NCBI GenBank assembly: GCA_043822125.1
Contig: JBDRCB010000004.1
Coordinates: forward strand, 8,647-72,646
Reading direction: 5' to 3'
Origin: an archaeon
GTDB lineage: Archaea; Nanobdellota; Nanobdellia; Pacearchaeales; GW2011-AR1
Length of the DNA: 64,000 nucleotides
Shown here: piece by piece, positions 26,491 through 35,675 of the stretch
Position numbering within the stretch: the stretch's first letter is position 1
Layout: every line of letters starts with the position of its first letter
Program-made: the position numbers and the translations under genes
The notes under the pieces: generated by a model
Databases searched by the model: none
What the model saw: only the letters and a program-made list of their open reading frames with translations
What the model was told of the DNA's origin: nothing

Positions 26491-28735
26491 TCGCGGAAAA
26501 CTTGCAGTTATGCAGATTGGAGTTTTATTAATTGGAATTATCGCAACGACATGGATGATTGGTGGAGTTAGTGGAAATCAACTTAGTTATCCTTTACCAG
26601 CAAAACCTGCAAGTGGAGGTGGGATAACAATAGATAGAACAAAAATGTTGAATGCACTTAATGTAGAAGAAAAACCAACAGAATATGGGAACTATAATAT
26701 ATTAAATAAATTACAGACATTAGATAGCAAAGAGGATATTATTGGAGTTTGGAGAAAAAGTGATGGAACTTTTCAATTAATACAAACAACAAACCCTGAG
26801 AGTATTTATACCTCAAAGGTTAATTATCTCCCTGTCGACAAATCAGTAATAGAAAAAATGGGTTTATTCAAGGGCTCGTCTAAATTATCAGAACTTCTTG
26901 GATTATCTAAAGGAACTTATTGGGATGCAATTGCTACTGGTCTTCAATGGGGCGGGATAGCATATGCTGTGGCAAAATTCGGAGGAGAAATGCTCGGACT
27001 TGATAAAAAACAAGCTGATGCTCTTGCTACTGCGTCGTTCTGGGGGCTTTCAACAGGCATGGGACTCAATACTTTACTTAAAGAAGGAGGGGCTGGACAT
27101 AAGTGGTTTATGGGTATGACTAAAGGAAAAGTAGATTGGCTTACTCCAGGAAGAGTAAGTGCCATTGCAGGTGTTGCGATTGGGCTTTATCTTTTTATGA
27201 AAAACAACAAAGAAGAAAAAGCTGAAACAGTTAGTTACACTTGTGTGCCTTGGGATGCTCCTTCAGGAGGAAATGATTGTGAGAAATGCAATTCTCAGGA
27301 ATTGCCCTGCAGTGAATATCAGTGCAGAAGTTTGGGGCAGTCATGTCAGTTGATAAATTCAGAAGACCCTGTTGAAGCAAGATGTGTTTGGGTAAATCGT
27401 CATGATGTAAATCCTCCGATAATACAGCCGTGGGAAGATGCACTTACAAAAGAACACATATACACTCCGAATACAGCAGTTTCCCCACCAGATAGAGGAG
27501 TAAAAATAGAATTTACACAATCTTCTGACAAATGTGTAAAAACATTCACACCATTATCATTTGGAATAACAACAGACGAGCCGTCGAGGTGCAAAATTGA
27601 TTATGAAAGAAAAAGTAAATTAGAAGAAATGCAGTTTTATTTTGGAGACAGCTCTACATTCAAATATGAACATATACAAATACTGAATCTTCCAGGTCCA
27701 AGTGCTGAATCAAATGAATCTGTAATAATTCCAAGTGGAGGGGATTTTGATTTGTATGTTAAATGCACAGATGCTAATGGAAATGAAAACACAGCTGATT
27801 TTGTGTTTAGTTTCTGCGTCGACGAGGGACCTGACACAACACCGCCGTTGATAGTTTCAACGAGTTTAATGAATAATATGCCAATAGCATATAACCAGAC
27901 TTCTGTGGATATTTCTGTTTATGTGAATGAACCAGCAGAATGCAAATGGAGTCACAAAGACCAGTCCTACGACAGCATGGAGCAGGAGATGAAATGCTCG
28001 ACGAGGGTTTTAGAAATGAATGCACAGATGCTATATGAATGCAAGACAACACTGACAGGATTAAAAAGCAGATTTGAAAATAAATTTTATTTTAAGTGCA
28101 AAGATAATCCAGGAAAGCAGGATGCAGACAGAAATGCAAATACAGAATCCTATGATTTCACAATAATCGGAACACAGCCGTTGGTAATTGATTCTGTAAA
28201 TCCAGACGGAGATAAAATAAAAGATTCAACAGACAGTGTAAAAGTTCTTTTTGAAGCAAAAACTTCAGCAGGATACAGTGAAGGGAAAGCATATTGCTAT
28301 TTCAGTAAAACAGACAAAGACAGTGACTATGTTTTATTTGACAAAACAAATTCTCATCAGCATGAGCAGGAATTATGGTTTTTGAGTGGAAGCTACACTT
28401 ATTATCTTAAATGTGTTGATCTAGGAGGAAATTCTGATAAGAGAATAATAAATTTCGAGGTAGAGACAGATTCAAGTCCGCCAATTGTTGTGAGAATCTA
28501 TAAAGAAGACAGTTACTTAAAAATTCAGACAAATGAAAAAGCAGAATGCGTCTATGACACTCAAGGATGCAGTTACTTATTTGACGACGGAATCAGCATG
28601 ACAACAACAGAAGAAACTCTGCACTACACTAACTGGAATCCAGGAATTAATTATTACATAAAATGCAGAGACGAATACAGCAACCAACCTTCTCCAGATG
28701 AGTGCAATATTGTTGTAAAACCACTTGAGATTTAA
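26477..28735 (+). CDS. 752-aa membrane/surface protein, paralog of the C-terminal half of 18953-22900
   Basis: Own hydrophobic N-terminus (NRGKLAVMQIGVLLIGIIATTWMIGG) and Gly-rich TM block. YTCVPWDAPSGGNDCEKCN...YQCRSLGQSCQLIN aligns to FKCMMWEAPLGGSDCKKCN...YRCESLGQACKILN. The same four-fold repeat domain follows. Confidence 0.7.
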   Translation: MKLNNRGKLAVMQIGVLLIGIIATTWMIGGVSGNQLSYPLPAKPASGGGITIDRTKMLNALNVEEKPTEYGNYNILNKLQTLDSKEDIIGVWRKSDGTFQLIQTTNPESIYTSKVNYLPVDKSVIEKMGLFKGSSKLSELLGLSKGTYWDAIATGLQWGGIAYAVAKFGGEMLGLDKKQADALATASFWGLSTGMGLNTLLKEGGAGHKWFMGMTKGKVDWLTPGRVSAIAGVAIGLYLFMKNNKEEKAETVSYTCVPWDAPSGGNDCEKCNSQELPCSEYQCRSLGQSCQLINSEDPVEARCVWVNRHDVNPPIIQPWEDALTKEHIYTPNTAVSPPDRGVKIEFTQSSDKCVKTFTPLSFGITTDEPSRCKIDYERKSKLEEMQFYFGDSSTFKYEHIQILNLPGPSAESNESVIIPSGGDFDLYVKCTDANGNENTADFVFSFCVDEGPDTTPPLIVSTSLMNNMPIAYNQTSVDISVYVNEPAECKWSHKDQSYDSMEQEMKCSTRVLEMNAQMLYECKTTLTGLKSRFENKFYFKCKDNPGKQDADRNANTESYDFTIIGTQPLVIDSVNPDGDKIKDSTDSVKVLFEAKTSAGYSEGKAYCYFSKTDKDSDYVLFDKTNSHQHEQELWFLSGSYTYYLKCVDLGGNSDKRIINFEVETDSSPPIVVRIYKEDSYLKIQTNEKAECVYDTQGCSYLFDDGISMTTTEETLHYTNWNPGINYYIKCRDEYSNQPSPDECNIVVKPLEI

Positions 28736-28770
28736 TAAAACTTTATAAGTAAATAATTCTTGATTTTAGA

Positions 28771-29265
28771 ATGAAAAGAGGGCAGATGCAATTGTCTTTT
28801 GGAATGATTTTTTCAATAATCCTTATAGTAATTTTTATTTCTGTTGCTTTTTATGCTATTTTAAAATTTCTTGATGTGCAAAATTCAATGAAAGTTGGAA
28901 AATTCCTAAATGATTTTCAGACAGATGTTGACAGGATGTGGAAGGGCTCGCACGGCTCGCAGGAAGTTGAATATTATCTGCCGTCGAAGATAGAATATGT
29001 CTGCTTTATTGATTATTCTTTGCAATCGAAGGGGAGCAGGGCAGATATTTACAATAAAATGAAGCAGGTTTATTATGAACATGAAAATATTTTCTTTTAT
29101 CCTCTTGGTTCTGCAGAAGGGATGGATGCGAGTGAGATAGAGCATATAAATCTTGAAAAAATCACAGAAAGCGAAAATCCTTACTGCGTTCAAAATGTCG
29201 ACGGGAAAATAAAATTTACCCTAAAGAAAAATTACGACGAGGCGACAGTTGATGTTACAAGATGA
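28771..29265 (+). CDS. class-III signal peptide (pilin-like) protein
   Basis: MKRGQ|MQLSFGMIFSIILIVIFISVAFYAI. Confidence 0.55.
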   Translation: MKRGQMQLSFGMIFSIILIVIFISVAFYAILKFLDVQNSMKVGKFLNDFQTDVDRMWKGSHGSQEVEYYLPSKIEYVCFIDYSLQSKGSRADIYNKMKQVYYEHENIFFYPLGSAEGMDASEIEHINLEKITESENPYCVQNVDGKIKFTLKKNYDEATVDVTR

Positions 29266-30182
29266 GAAAAAAAGGTTTTATTCAGATTCCATTTGGATGG
29301 CTTTTTGCAATTCTCGTCGGAGCAGTTATTCTTTTTATTGCAGTTTATGGAATCACAAAATTAATCAGCACAGAGGAAGAAACTCAGGCACTGAAAACAG
29401 GAATTGAAATCGGAATATTACTAAACCCTCTTGAAACAAGTTTTCAGACAGCGCAGTCTTTGTCAGTCACGATTCCAGCTGAAACAAGAATTTACAGTGG
29501 GTGTAGTGTTGAAAATATTTTTGGAAGACAGTTGATTCAAATCTCGCAGAGGAGTTTGGGAAAATGGACTAAAAAATCAGAATCAGTTGGTTTTTCAAAT
29601 AAATATATTTTCTCAGAGAGCCCTGCTGAGGGGAAAAAATTTCACTTATTTTCAAAACCATTTGAATTTCCATTTAAAGTCGCGGATTTAATTTACTTAA
29701 CATCATCTTCGGAAAAATACTGCTTCAAAAATGCCCCTGAAGATATAAAAGATGAAATCTCAAGATTAAGCCAGGAAAATTTTATGGTTGAAAACTGCCA
29801 AGGAGAGCAGGTGAATATTTGTTTTGAAGATGGTGCAAACTGCGATGTGAATGTAAAAAGAAATTTAGGTTATCTGGAAAAAGGTGGGGAAAGAATGTAT
29901 TTTGAAGTAGATGCTTTAATGTATGCGGGGATTTTTTCACCAAAAGAAATTTACGAATGCCAGTTAAAAAGGCTTATGCAGAGAACAGAACAGCTTGCTG
30001 TGATTTACGACGAGAAAGCGAGTTTTATCCTGCAGACAGCAGAGTGCGAGTCAAATCTTAATTTAGAAGACTTAATTTCTTCTGCAAGGAATTTTAAAGA
30101 TTCCACTGATATTAGTTCAGTAAAAATAATTGCTGATGAAATTCAGAAGAAAAACGACTTGGCGGGGTGCAAATTATGGTAA
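29262..30182 (+). CDS. pilin-like protein with N-terminal hydrophobic helix
   Basis: MRKKG|FIQIPFGWLFAILVGAVILFIAVYGI. 4-nt overlap with the upstream gene. Confidence 0.5.
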   Translation: MRKKGFIQIPFGWLFAILVGAVILFIAVYGITKLISTEEETQALKTGIEIGILLNPLETSFQTAQSLSVTIPAETRIYSGCSVENIFGRQLIQISQRSLGKWTKKSESVGFSNKYIFSESPAEGKKFHLFSKPFEFPFKVADLIYLTSSSEKYCFKNAPEDIKDEISRLSQENFMVENCQGEQVNICFEDGANCDVNVKRNLGYLEKGGERMYFEVDALMYAGIFSPKEIYECQLKRLMQRTEQLAVIYDEKASFILQTAECESNLNLEDLISSARNFKDSTDISSVKIIADEIQKKNDLAGCKLW

Positions 30183-30682
30183 AAGGGCAGTTAAAAATAC
30201 AGCAGATGGCTTTTATGCTCATGGCAATAACTTTATTTTTCGTGCTAGCAGGAATGTTTGTGATGGTTTTTAAATTTTCAGGGTTAAAAGAAGCAGCGAC
30301 GGCACTTGAAGAAAAAAATGCAATTTTAACAATAACAAAACTCGCGAACTCTGCTGAATTCTCATGTGAAGAAGCATTTGACACAAGAAAAACAAACTGC
30401 GTTGATTTTGATAAGGTGATGATTTTGAAAAAAAACATAGACAAATATGAAGATTTTTGGGGGGTAAAAAATATAGAGATAAAAAAAATTTACCCATCTG
30501 GAGAAAGATTATGCACTTCCAGTAATTATCCAGACTGTGAAATTGTTAAACTGCATGACAGCGAAAGCACAGGATTTACAGCCACCAGCTTTGTTTCATT
30601 GTGCAGAAAAACAGCGTCGGAAGGCGGGGCTCAAAATAAATGCGAACTAGCAAAATTAATTGTAAGTTATGAAACAAGATGA
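30167..30682 (+). CDS. pilin-like protein
   Basis: MVKGQ|LKIQQMAFMLMAITLFFVLAGMFVMVF. Overlaps the upstream gene by 16 nt. Confidence 0.5.
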   Translation: MQIMVKGQLKIQQMAFMLMAITLFFVLAGMFVMVFKFSGLKEAATALEEKNAILTITKLANSAEFSCEEAFDTRKTNCVDFDKVMILKKNIDKYEDFWGVKNIEIKKIYPSGERLCTSSNYPDCEIVKLHDSESTGFTATSFVSLCRKTASEGGAQNKCELAKLIVSYETR

Positions 30683-31161
30683 TAAATAGAAATTTAAAGA
30701 AGGCTCAGGAGGAAATTATAGGATTTGTTTTGATAATTATACTTGTGTCAGTGATTCTTCTTATTTTTCTTTTGTTCTCTCTGAAAACCTCGCAGAAAGA
30801 GCCGGTTGAGAGCTATGAAGTTGAGAATTTTTTACAGGCAATGCTACAATACACAACTGAATGTGAAAGTTATACTGGGTTTTTCTCAGTTCAAAATCTT
30901 ATTGTCAAGTGTTATGAAGATTATATCTGCCTGAATGGAAAAAATGCATGTGATGCTTTGGAGACAACTTTAAGTGAAATGATAGAAGAAAGCTGGAAAG
31001 TAGGGGAAGACAGAACTGCAAAAGGATATATGATGAATATAACTGCTGAAAATAAACAGATAATTTCTCTGAAAAATGGGAATGTAACTGGAAATTCTCG
31101 GGGGGCTGTACAGTTTTTAGGTGCGAGGAGTGCAGAAGTTTATTTTGTTGTTTACTCTTAA
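30679..31161 (+). CDS. pilin-like protein
   Basis: NLKKAQ|EEIIGFVLIIILVSVILLIFLLF. 4-nt overlap with the upstream gene. Confidence 0.5.
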   Translation: MINRNLKKAQEEIIGFVLIIILVSVILLIFLLFSLKTSQKEPVESYEVENFLQAMLQYTTECESYTGFFSVQNLIVKCYEDYICLNGKNACDALETTLSEMIEESWKVGEDRTAKGYMMNITAENKQIISLKNGNVTGNSRGAVQFLGARSAEVYFVVYS

Positions 31162-31511
31162 ATTTTAAGATGAATTGTTATTGAATCCACAACAATCTCT
31201 GGCTTGTGTCTTGTTCTGTTATTTACTTTTTCCTCCACCAGTTCAATAAATCCAAATCTCTGCAGAAGTTTTATGTCATCGTTTACAGATTTAAATCCGC
31301 GGTTCAGTTTTCTGGCAAGTTCATAAATTGAACCAGGCTTCTGATTTTTAATCACATCCAATATTCTTGCTTTCTCGTTGCTCAAAAGCTGTCTTAAAGA
31401 AAGTATTCCTGAAAAATCATAATCTTTTTTTGAACTCCCTGATTTTTTAAAAACATGAAAAGTCCCTTTGGATTCTTTAATAGTAATTTCTCTTATTTTT
31501 GTTTTTGGCAT
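31158..31511 (-). CDS. winged-helix DNA-binding protein (HVO_A0114-like)
   Basis: LSNEKARILDVIKNQKPGSIYELARKLNRGFKSVNDDIKLLQRFGFIELVEE is a wHTH. It is convergent with the operon's last gene and overlaps it by 4 nt. Confidence 0.55.
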   Translation of the reverse strand: MPKTKIREITIKESKGTFHVFKKSGSSKKDYDFSGILSLRQLLSNEKARILDVIKNQKPGSIYELARKLNRGFKSVNDDIKLLQRFGFIELVEEKVNNRTRHKPEIVVDSITIHLKI

Positions 31512-31849
31512 TTGATTAATACTAATATCTATAAATTTTTAATATATATTATAAAAAGTTTCCATATATTAATAAATGTTTTGTTTTAAAAATCATTAGA
31601 TGTGTATTCATATTATAGTGACATAGCAATATTTATAAATAAAACCTATTAAACAGGCATTTTTAGTCGCGAAAAGAATAAGGGAAGGGGTAAGCTTTTT
31701 AAAGGAAAATTGATTTTTATGGATACTCACATTGAGTATCTATATAGGGGATTCATGTTCAACCAATAGATAGCTACCCTATACTATCAATTGGGTTGAT
31801 GGTTGTCATAGACAACATATAATTATAGAGTTGAAAGGAGGTTAAAAAA
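31512..31849 (+). promoter_or_regulatory. promoter region and long structured 5' leader of the S-layer gene
   Basis: 338-nt gap, the largest in the window. TATA-like atttataaat at 31631-31640. Perfect hairpins at 31722-31740 (GATACTCA/TGAGTATC) and 31802-31816 (GTTGTC/GACAAC). Strong SD AGGAGGT at 31836-31842. Confidence 0.35.
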
Positions 31850-34240
31850 ATGAGATTAAATTTCAAAAAAATTACAGCAATCGCGACTAGTGCTTTGATG
31901 ATTGGTATGACAGCTGGTATTGCTGCTGCAGCAAATTATCCTAAACCGTTTGTAGATGGAGGTGTTGCAAATGTAGCAATTGTTTATGGTACTGGAGAAG
32001 GTGTTTCTGTTCTGGACGGAATCCATGCAGGAAACATTCAGACAAATCTTCAGTCATTCATGGGCTCAGCTACAACAACAACTAGTGGCTCTGTCGCTGG
32101 AGGAGATAGTGTTAAATTCGAAAAATCTTCTACAAAATTCCAATTAGGAAAGGGAGTTACAGATGTTATCTCAACGTCTATTACTGACGATAGTCCTGGA
32201 GAAGGACTTACAGTTCTTTTAGCTGATGGAAAATATGTAGATGATGATAATGATGAAAAAGACTATACCCAAAAGATTGATGTGGCTAACATGACATTAG
32301 GTATGTTTGATGATGATGACTATAAAGCAGACACTCCTACAGTTGGTTTTAAAATTAATAGTGCGTCTCATGTATTAAATTATACATTAGATTTTACTGA
32401 TGAACCAGAGTGGGCAGACCTAACAGCAACAAATATTGAAATTATGGGAAAAACATATTTCATATTGAGTGTTACACCAAACACAACAATAAATCTTCTT
32501 GACTCAGCAAATACTGCAACAGTATCAGAAGGTGAAACAGCAAGTGTTACTGTAGAAGGAACAACTTATGAAGTTTCTATCCAATATATTAGTTCTACAG
32601 AAGTAAAACTAACAATTAACGGAGAGAATACAAATAGTCTGCAAGAATCACATACTCAAAAATTGAGTAATGGAGCTTATGTCGGTATTAAAGATATTAT
32701 GCATGATTCAAAAACAGGAAGTGTGAGTAGTGTAGAGTTTAGTATTGGAACAGGAAAATTAATTCTTAAACATGCGACTGATATTGAGATTAATGACGCA
32801 TCTATATCTAATATGAAAACATATATTACTACAACAGTTTCAGGCACTCCTACAATTGGAAAAATTGTTATTGAATGGAAAGCAGATGATGAATTATTTA
32901 TAGCACCAGATAATGAAGTCACAATGCCAGGATTTAAAGCAGTTAAATTCTCTTTTACTGGAATGTTATATCCTGCAGAAGAAGTAATTACTGTTAAAGG
33001 AGAGAGTACTACTTATGCAGCACTTGATAACTTCCCTTTAAAAGATAGCACAGAAGACATTGTATTCCTTTACGGGGATAGTGCTAACTGGACTGGTATT
33101 GGTAAAGATTCAACTCATGTGTTAAGAACTGTCGGATCAGGAGATTTAACATTTGACAAAGACACTGACGAATATTTTGTGGCATCATTTAATGATGGAA
33201 GTAATTCAGAATCATATCTAATGAAAGCTACTGATTTTGGACAGGTTGGTACTTCAACTGCAAACAGAACTGACATCCAGTATAAGAAGGATGGTGCTTG
33301 GACTACAATAAAAGACGATGCTAAGGTGGGAGATGTTGTTACAGTTGGAAATGTGCAATTAACTGTTGGAACAATTGCAAGATCTGCAGAGAACACAGTT
33401 GTTCTTTCACCAGGAACAAATTGTAACTTCCATACACTTTACTCTAAAGAAGGAATGCAAGTATATCTTCCATTTGATAGTGGGACTCTTACAGGATCAG
33501 GTGCAATTAATTTAACTGCTACCCCTGTACCTTCAACAACAACATGGAACATGATTTTTGTAGAAGAAGATAAGAATGGAAATATGGGTGCAGGAAATAA
33601 TATAACAGCAACTATGGGCTGGAATTCTGCTACAACCAAAGAAGCATATGTAAGTACTGTAAGCGGTAATGCTGTATCCTTTGCAGAAGATGGTGATGGC
33701 ACTAAAAAATGGGTAAGTTATGTATATAGTGCACTTGCATCTAAATTGTTGTGGGATAAAACAGGAGACCAGTATGAACTCCAGATAACATATCATGGGG
33801 AGGAATCATATGGAGAAGTTTATTTAACATCGCCTCTAGCTACTGTAACAGGAGGCACAACAACAGTAGGTGGTGCAACACAGCTTGGAAAAGTATTAGT
33901 TAAAGACACTGAAATCAGCTCTGTAAGTTCTAAGAACTTAATTATTGTTGGTGGAAGTTGTATTAACTCAGCTGCTGCTAAAGTATTAGGATTCAGCGGA
34001 GCTACATGTGGAGCTGCATTTACAGAAAAAACTGGAGTTGGTTCAGGAGAATTCCTGATAGAAAGTGTAGCAGATGCTTACACATCTGGAAAAATTGCTC
34101 TGGTTGTTGCTGGTTATGATGCTGCAGATACTGCTAATGCTGCTACATTCCTAACTACACAGACAGTTGACACAACTGCTGGCAAAAAGTACAAAGGTAC
34201 ATCAGCTACAAGTGCTACTCTAGTTACAACAAGCGAGTAA
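31850..34240 (+). CDS. putative S-layer protein
   Basis: Signal peptide ending AGIAAAANYPKPFVDGG..VAIVYGTGEG...DGIHAGNI, and C-terminal NLIIVGGSCINSAAAKVLG, both reminiscent of euryarchaeal S-layer proteins. T/S/G/A-rich with no internal Cys-rich regions. Strong SD and long leader. Confidence 0.65.
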   Translation: MRLNFKKITAIATSALMIGMTAGIAAAANYPKPFVDGGVANVAIVYGTGEGVSVLDGIHAGNIQTNLQSFMGSATTTTSGSVAGGDSVKFEKSSTKFQLGKGVTDVISTSITDDSPGEGLTVLLADGKYVDDDNDEKDYTQKIDVANMTLGMFDDDDYKADTPTVGFKINSASHVLNYTLDFTDEPEWADLTATNIEIMGKTYFILSVTPNTTINLLDSANTATVSEGETASVTVEGTTYEVSIQYISSTEVKLTINGENTNSLQESHTQKLSNGAYVGIKDIMHDSKTGSVSSVEFSIGTGKLILKHATDIEINDASISNMKTYITTTVSGTPTIGKIVIEWKADDELFIAPDNEVTMPGFKAVKFSFTGMLYPAEEVITVKGESTTYAALDNFPLKDSTEDIVFLYGDSANWTGIGKDSTHVLRTVGSGDLTFDKDTDEYFVASFNDGSNSESYLMKATDFGQVGTSTANRTDIQYKKDGAWTTIKDDAKVGDVVTVGNVQLTVGTIARSAENTVVLSPGTNCNFHTLYSKEGMQVYLPFDSGTLTGSGAINLTATPVPSTTTWNMIFVEEDKNGNMGAGNNITATMGWNSATTKEAYVSTVSGNAVSFAEDGDGTKKWVSYVYSALASKLLWDKTGDQYELQITYHGEESYGEVYLTSPLATVTGGTTTVGGATQLGKVLVKDTEISSVSSKNLIIVGGSCINSAAAKVLGFSGATCGAAFTEKTGVGSGEFLIESVADAYTSGKIALVVAGYDAADTANAATFLTTQTVDTTAGKKYKGTSATSATLVTTSE

Positions 34241-34248
34241 ATCTAAAA

Positions 34249-34290
34249 TTTTTATTTTTTCTTTTTCTTTATTTTTTTATCTCATAGCAG
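34249..34290 (+). terminator. oligo-T tracts downstream of the S-layer gene
   Basis: tttttattttttctttttctttattttttt directly after the stop codon. Archaeal terminators are typically T-runs. Confidence 0.3.
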
Positions 34291-34333
34291 AAGCTATGCG
34301 ATATATTTTTATATTGCAAAAAATTTTTAATTT

Positions 34334-34903
34334 ATGAGAAAAATAATTTCAAAAAAAGCAAGTGACAGGAAAAAAAGAAAAAATCAGATTATTGTTGGAA
34401 TCGTGCTTGTTTTTTTAATGTTAGTCAGTGTTGTAGGATATTCATTTCAAGGCACAGAAGGAGACCAAGAGAATCAAAAAATAGATTATAATGGATTTGA
34501 ATTTGTAAAAATAAATGATTTGTGGTTTTTAAGCACAGGTAATTATGAATTTTCATTTAAGTATAATCCTCTGCAGACAGAAAACATAAATTCGGAGCTT
34601 AAAAAAATAAGCAATTATCAAGGAAATCCATTATATTATTCTTCTGAAAATAATGAAGCACTCTCTGAAATTTACATTAATTTAAACATGATTGTTCAAA
34701 GATTCCAACCTGCTTGTCTCGAGGGAGAAGAATGTGATGAAAATATTCCTGTAAAAAACTGCGGAGATAATTTTATTCTGATAAAAGAGAAAAATAACAG
34801 CAGAATTTATCAAGATGAAAACTGTGTTTTCATAGAAGGGCAGAAAGGAGATTTAACAAAACTTTCAGATGAATTTTTATTTAAAATAATAGGGGTAAAA
34901 TAA
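34334..34903 (+). CDS. N-terminally anchored hypothetical protein
   Basis: Basic N-terminus plus a single TM (IIVGIVLVFLMLVSVVGY). No motif. Confidence 0.45.
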   Translation: MRKIISKKASDRKKRKNQIIVGIVLVFLMLVSVVGYSFQGTEGDQENQKIDYNGFEFVKINDLWFLSTGNYEFSFKYNPLQTENINSELKKISNYQGNPLYYSSENNEALSEIYINLNMIVQRFQPACLEGEECDENIPVKNCGDNFILIKEKNNSRIYQDENCVFIEGQKGDLTKLSDEFLFKIIGVK

Positions 34904-34934
34904 ATTTATAAACCAAAAAAGAGTATATTTTAAA

Positions 34935-35675
34935 ATGAGTAAAAAAGAAAAAAAACCGTCGTCGCCGGCAGAAAAGAAAGCAGATAAGGAAAAAACCTGC
35001 CAATATTTTGAAACTGAAAAAAAAGGGGGGAACAAAAAAATTTTCACTTGCGGAGAAGACGAAATAAAAACCGAGACAAAAGAGCAGAGAGACAGAGAAA
35101 ATAAAATATTAAGAAATCTTTTTATAGGAATAATCTCTCTTATAGTTTTAATTATATTTATTGTTTTACTTCTGAACTATGCTAAAAGTTTTGAATATGA
35201 AGGGGTGAAATTCAAAATTGTTGAAGAAGGTAATTTAATATTTTATAAAACTTCATTCCCTTTGTATTCTGAACTTACCGGAAAACATACTGCAGATTAT
35301 AATTTTTATATAAGAAATGACCCTCGGAAACTAGCAGAAGAAGTTCAGTTTAAGGGAATATTATTTCTGCTTGAAAATTTTGTAATAAATTCAACAGAAA
35401 GTTTTCACTGCAATGGCGACGGGATTATAGCAGGTGCAAACATGATTATCCCACTGCAGGTTTTAAATGCTAACATAATTAAAAATGAAAATATGAGTTG
35501 TGATGACAAAGGAGAATATATTTTTGTGAGTATAGAATCAGGAGAGAAAACTGAAATAATACAAACAGGAGTCACATGCTACAGTATAAAGGTTGCAGAC
35601 TGCGAGATACTTAAGGCAACAGAAAGATTTATGCTAGAAATTTTTATTGAATTCAATAAACATGCACAAAAATAA
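34935..35675 (+). CDS. single-pass membrane hypothetical protein
   Basis: Charged N-terminal ~60 aa, one TM (LFIGIISLIVLIIFIVLLL), then an extracytoplasmic domain. Confidence 0.45.
   Translation: MSKKEKKPSSPAEKKADKEKTCQYFETEKKGGNKKIFTCGEDEIKTETKEQRDRENKILRNLFIGIISLIVLIIFIVLLLNYAKSFEYEGVKFKIVEEGNLIFYKTSFPLYSELTGKHTADYNFYIRNDPRKLAEEVQFKGILFLLENFVINSTESFHCNGDGIIAGANMIIPLQVLNANIIKNENMSCDDKGEYIFVSIESGEKTEIIQTGVTCYSIKVADCEILKATERFMLEIFIEFNKHAQK

Noticed and set aside
25200-26500. The TA block as a mobile cassette with terminal repeats
   Set aside because: I compared ~40 nt on each side of both junctions by eye and saw no direct or inverted repeats. There is no integrase or transposase nearby. This is not a rigorous search.
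18953-28735. Possibility that the Cys-rich paralogs are targets of a diversity-generating retroelement
   Set aside because: There is no reverse transcriptase gene in the window. I saw no near-identical template/variable repeat pair. The paralogs are diverged throughout rather than in an adenine-specific patch.
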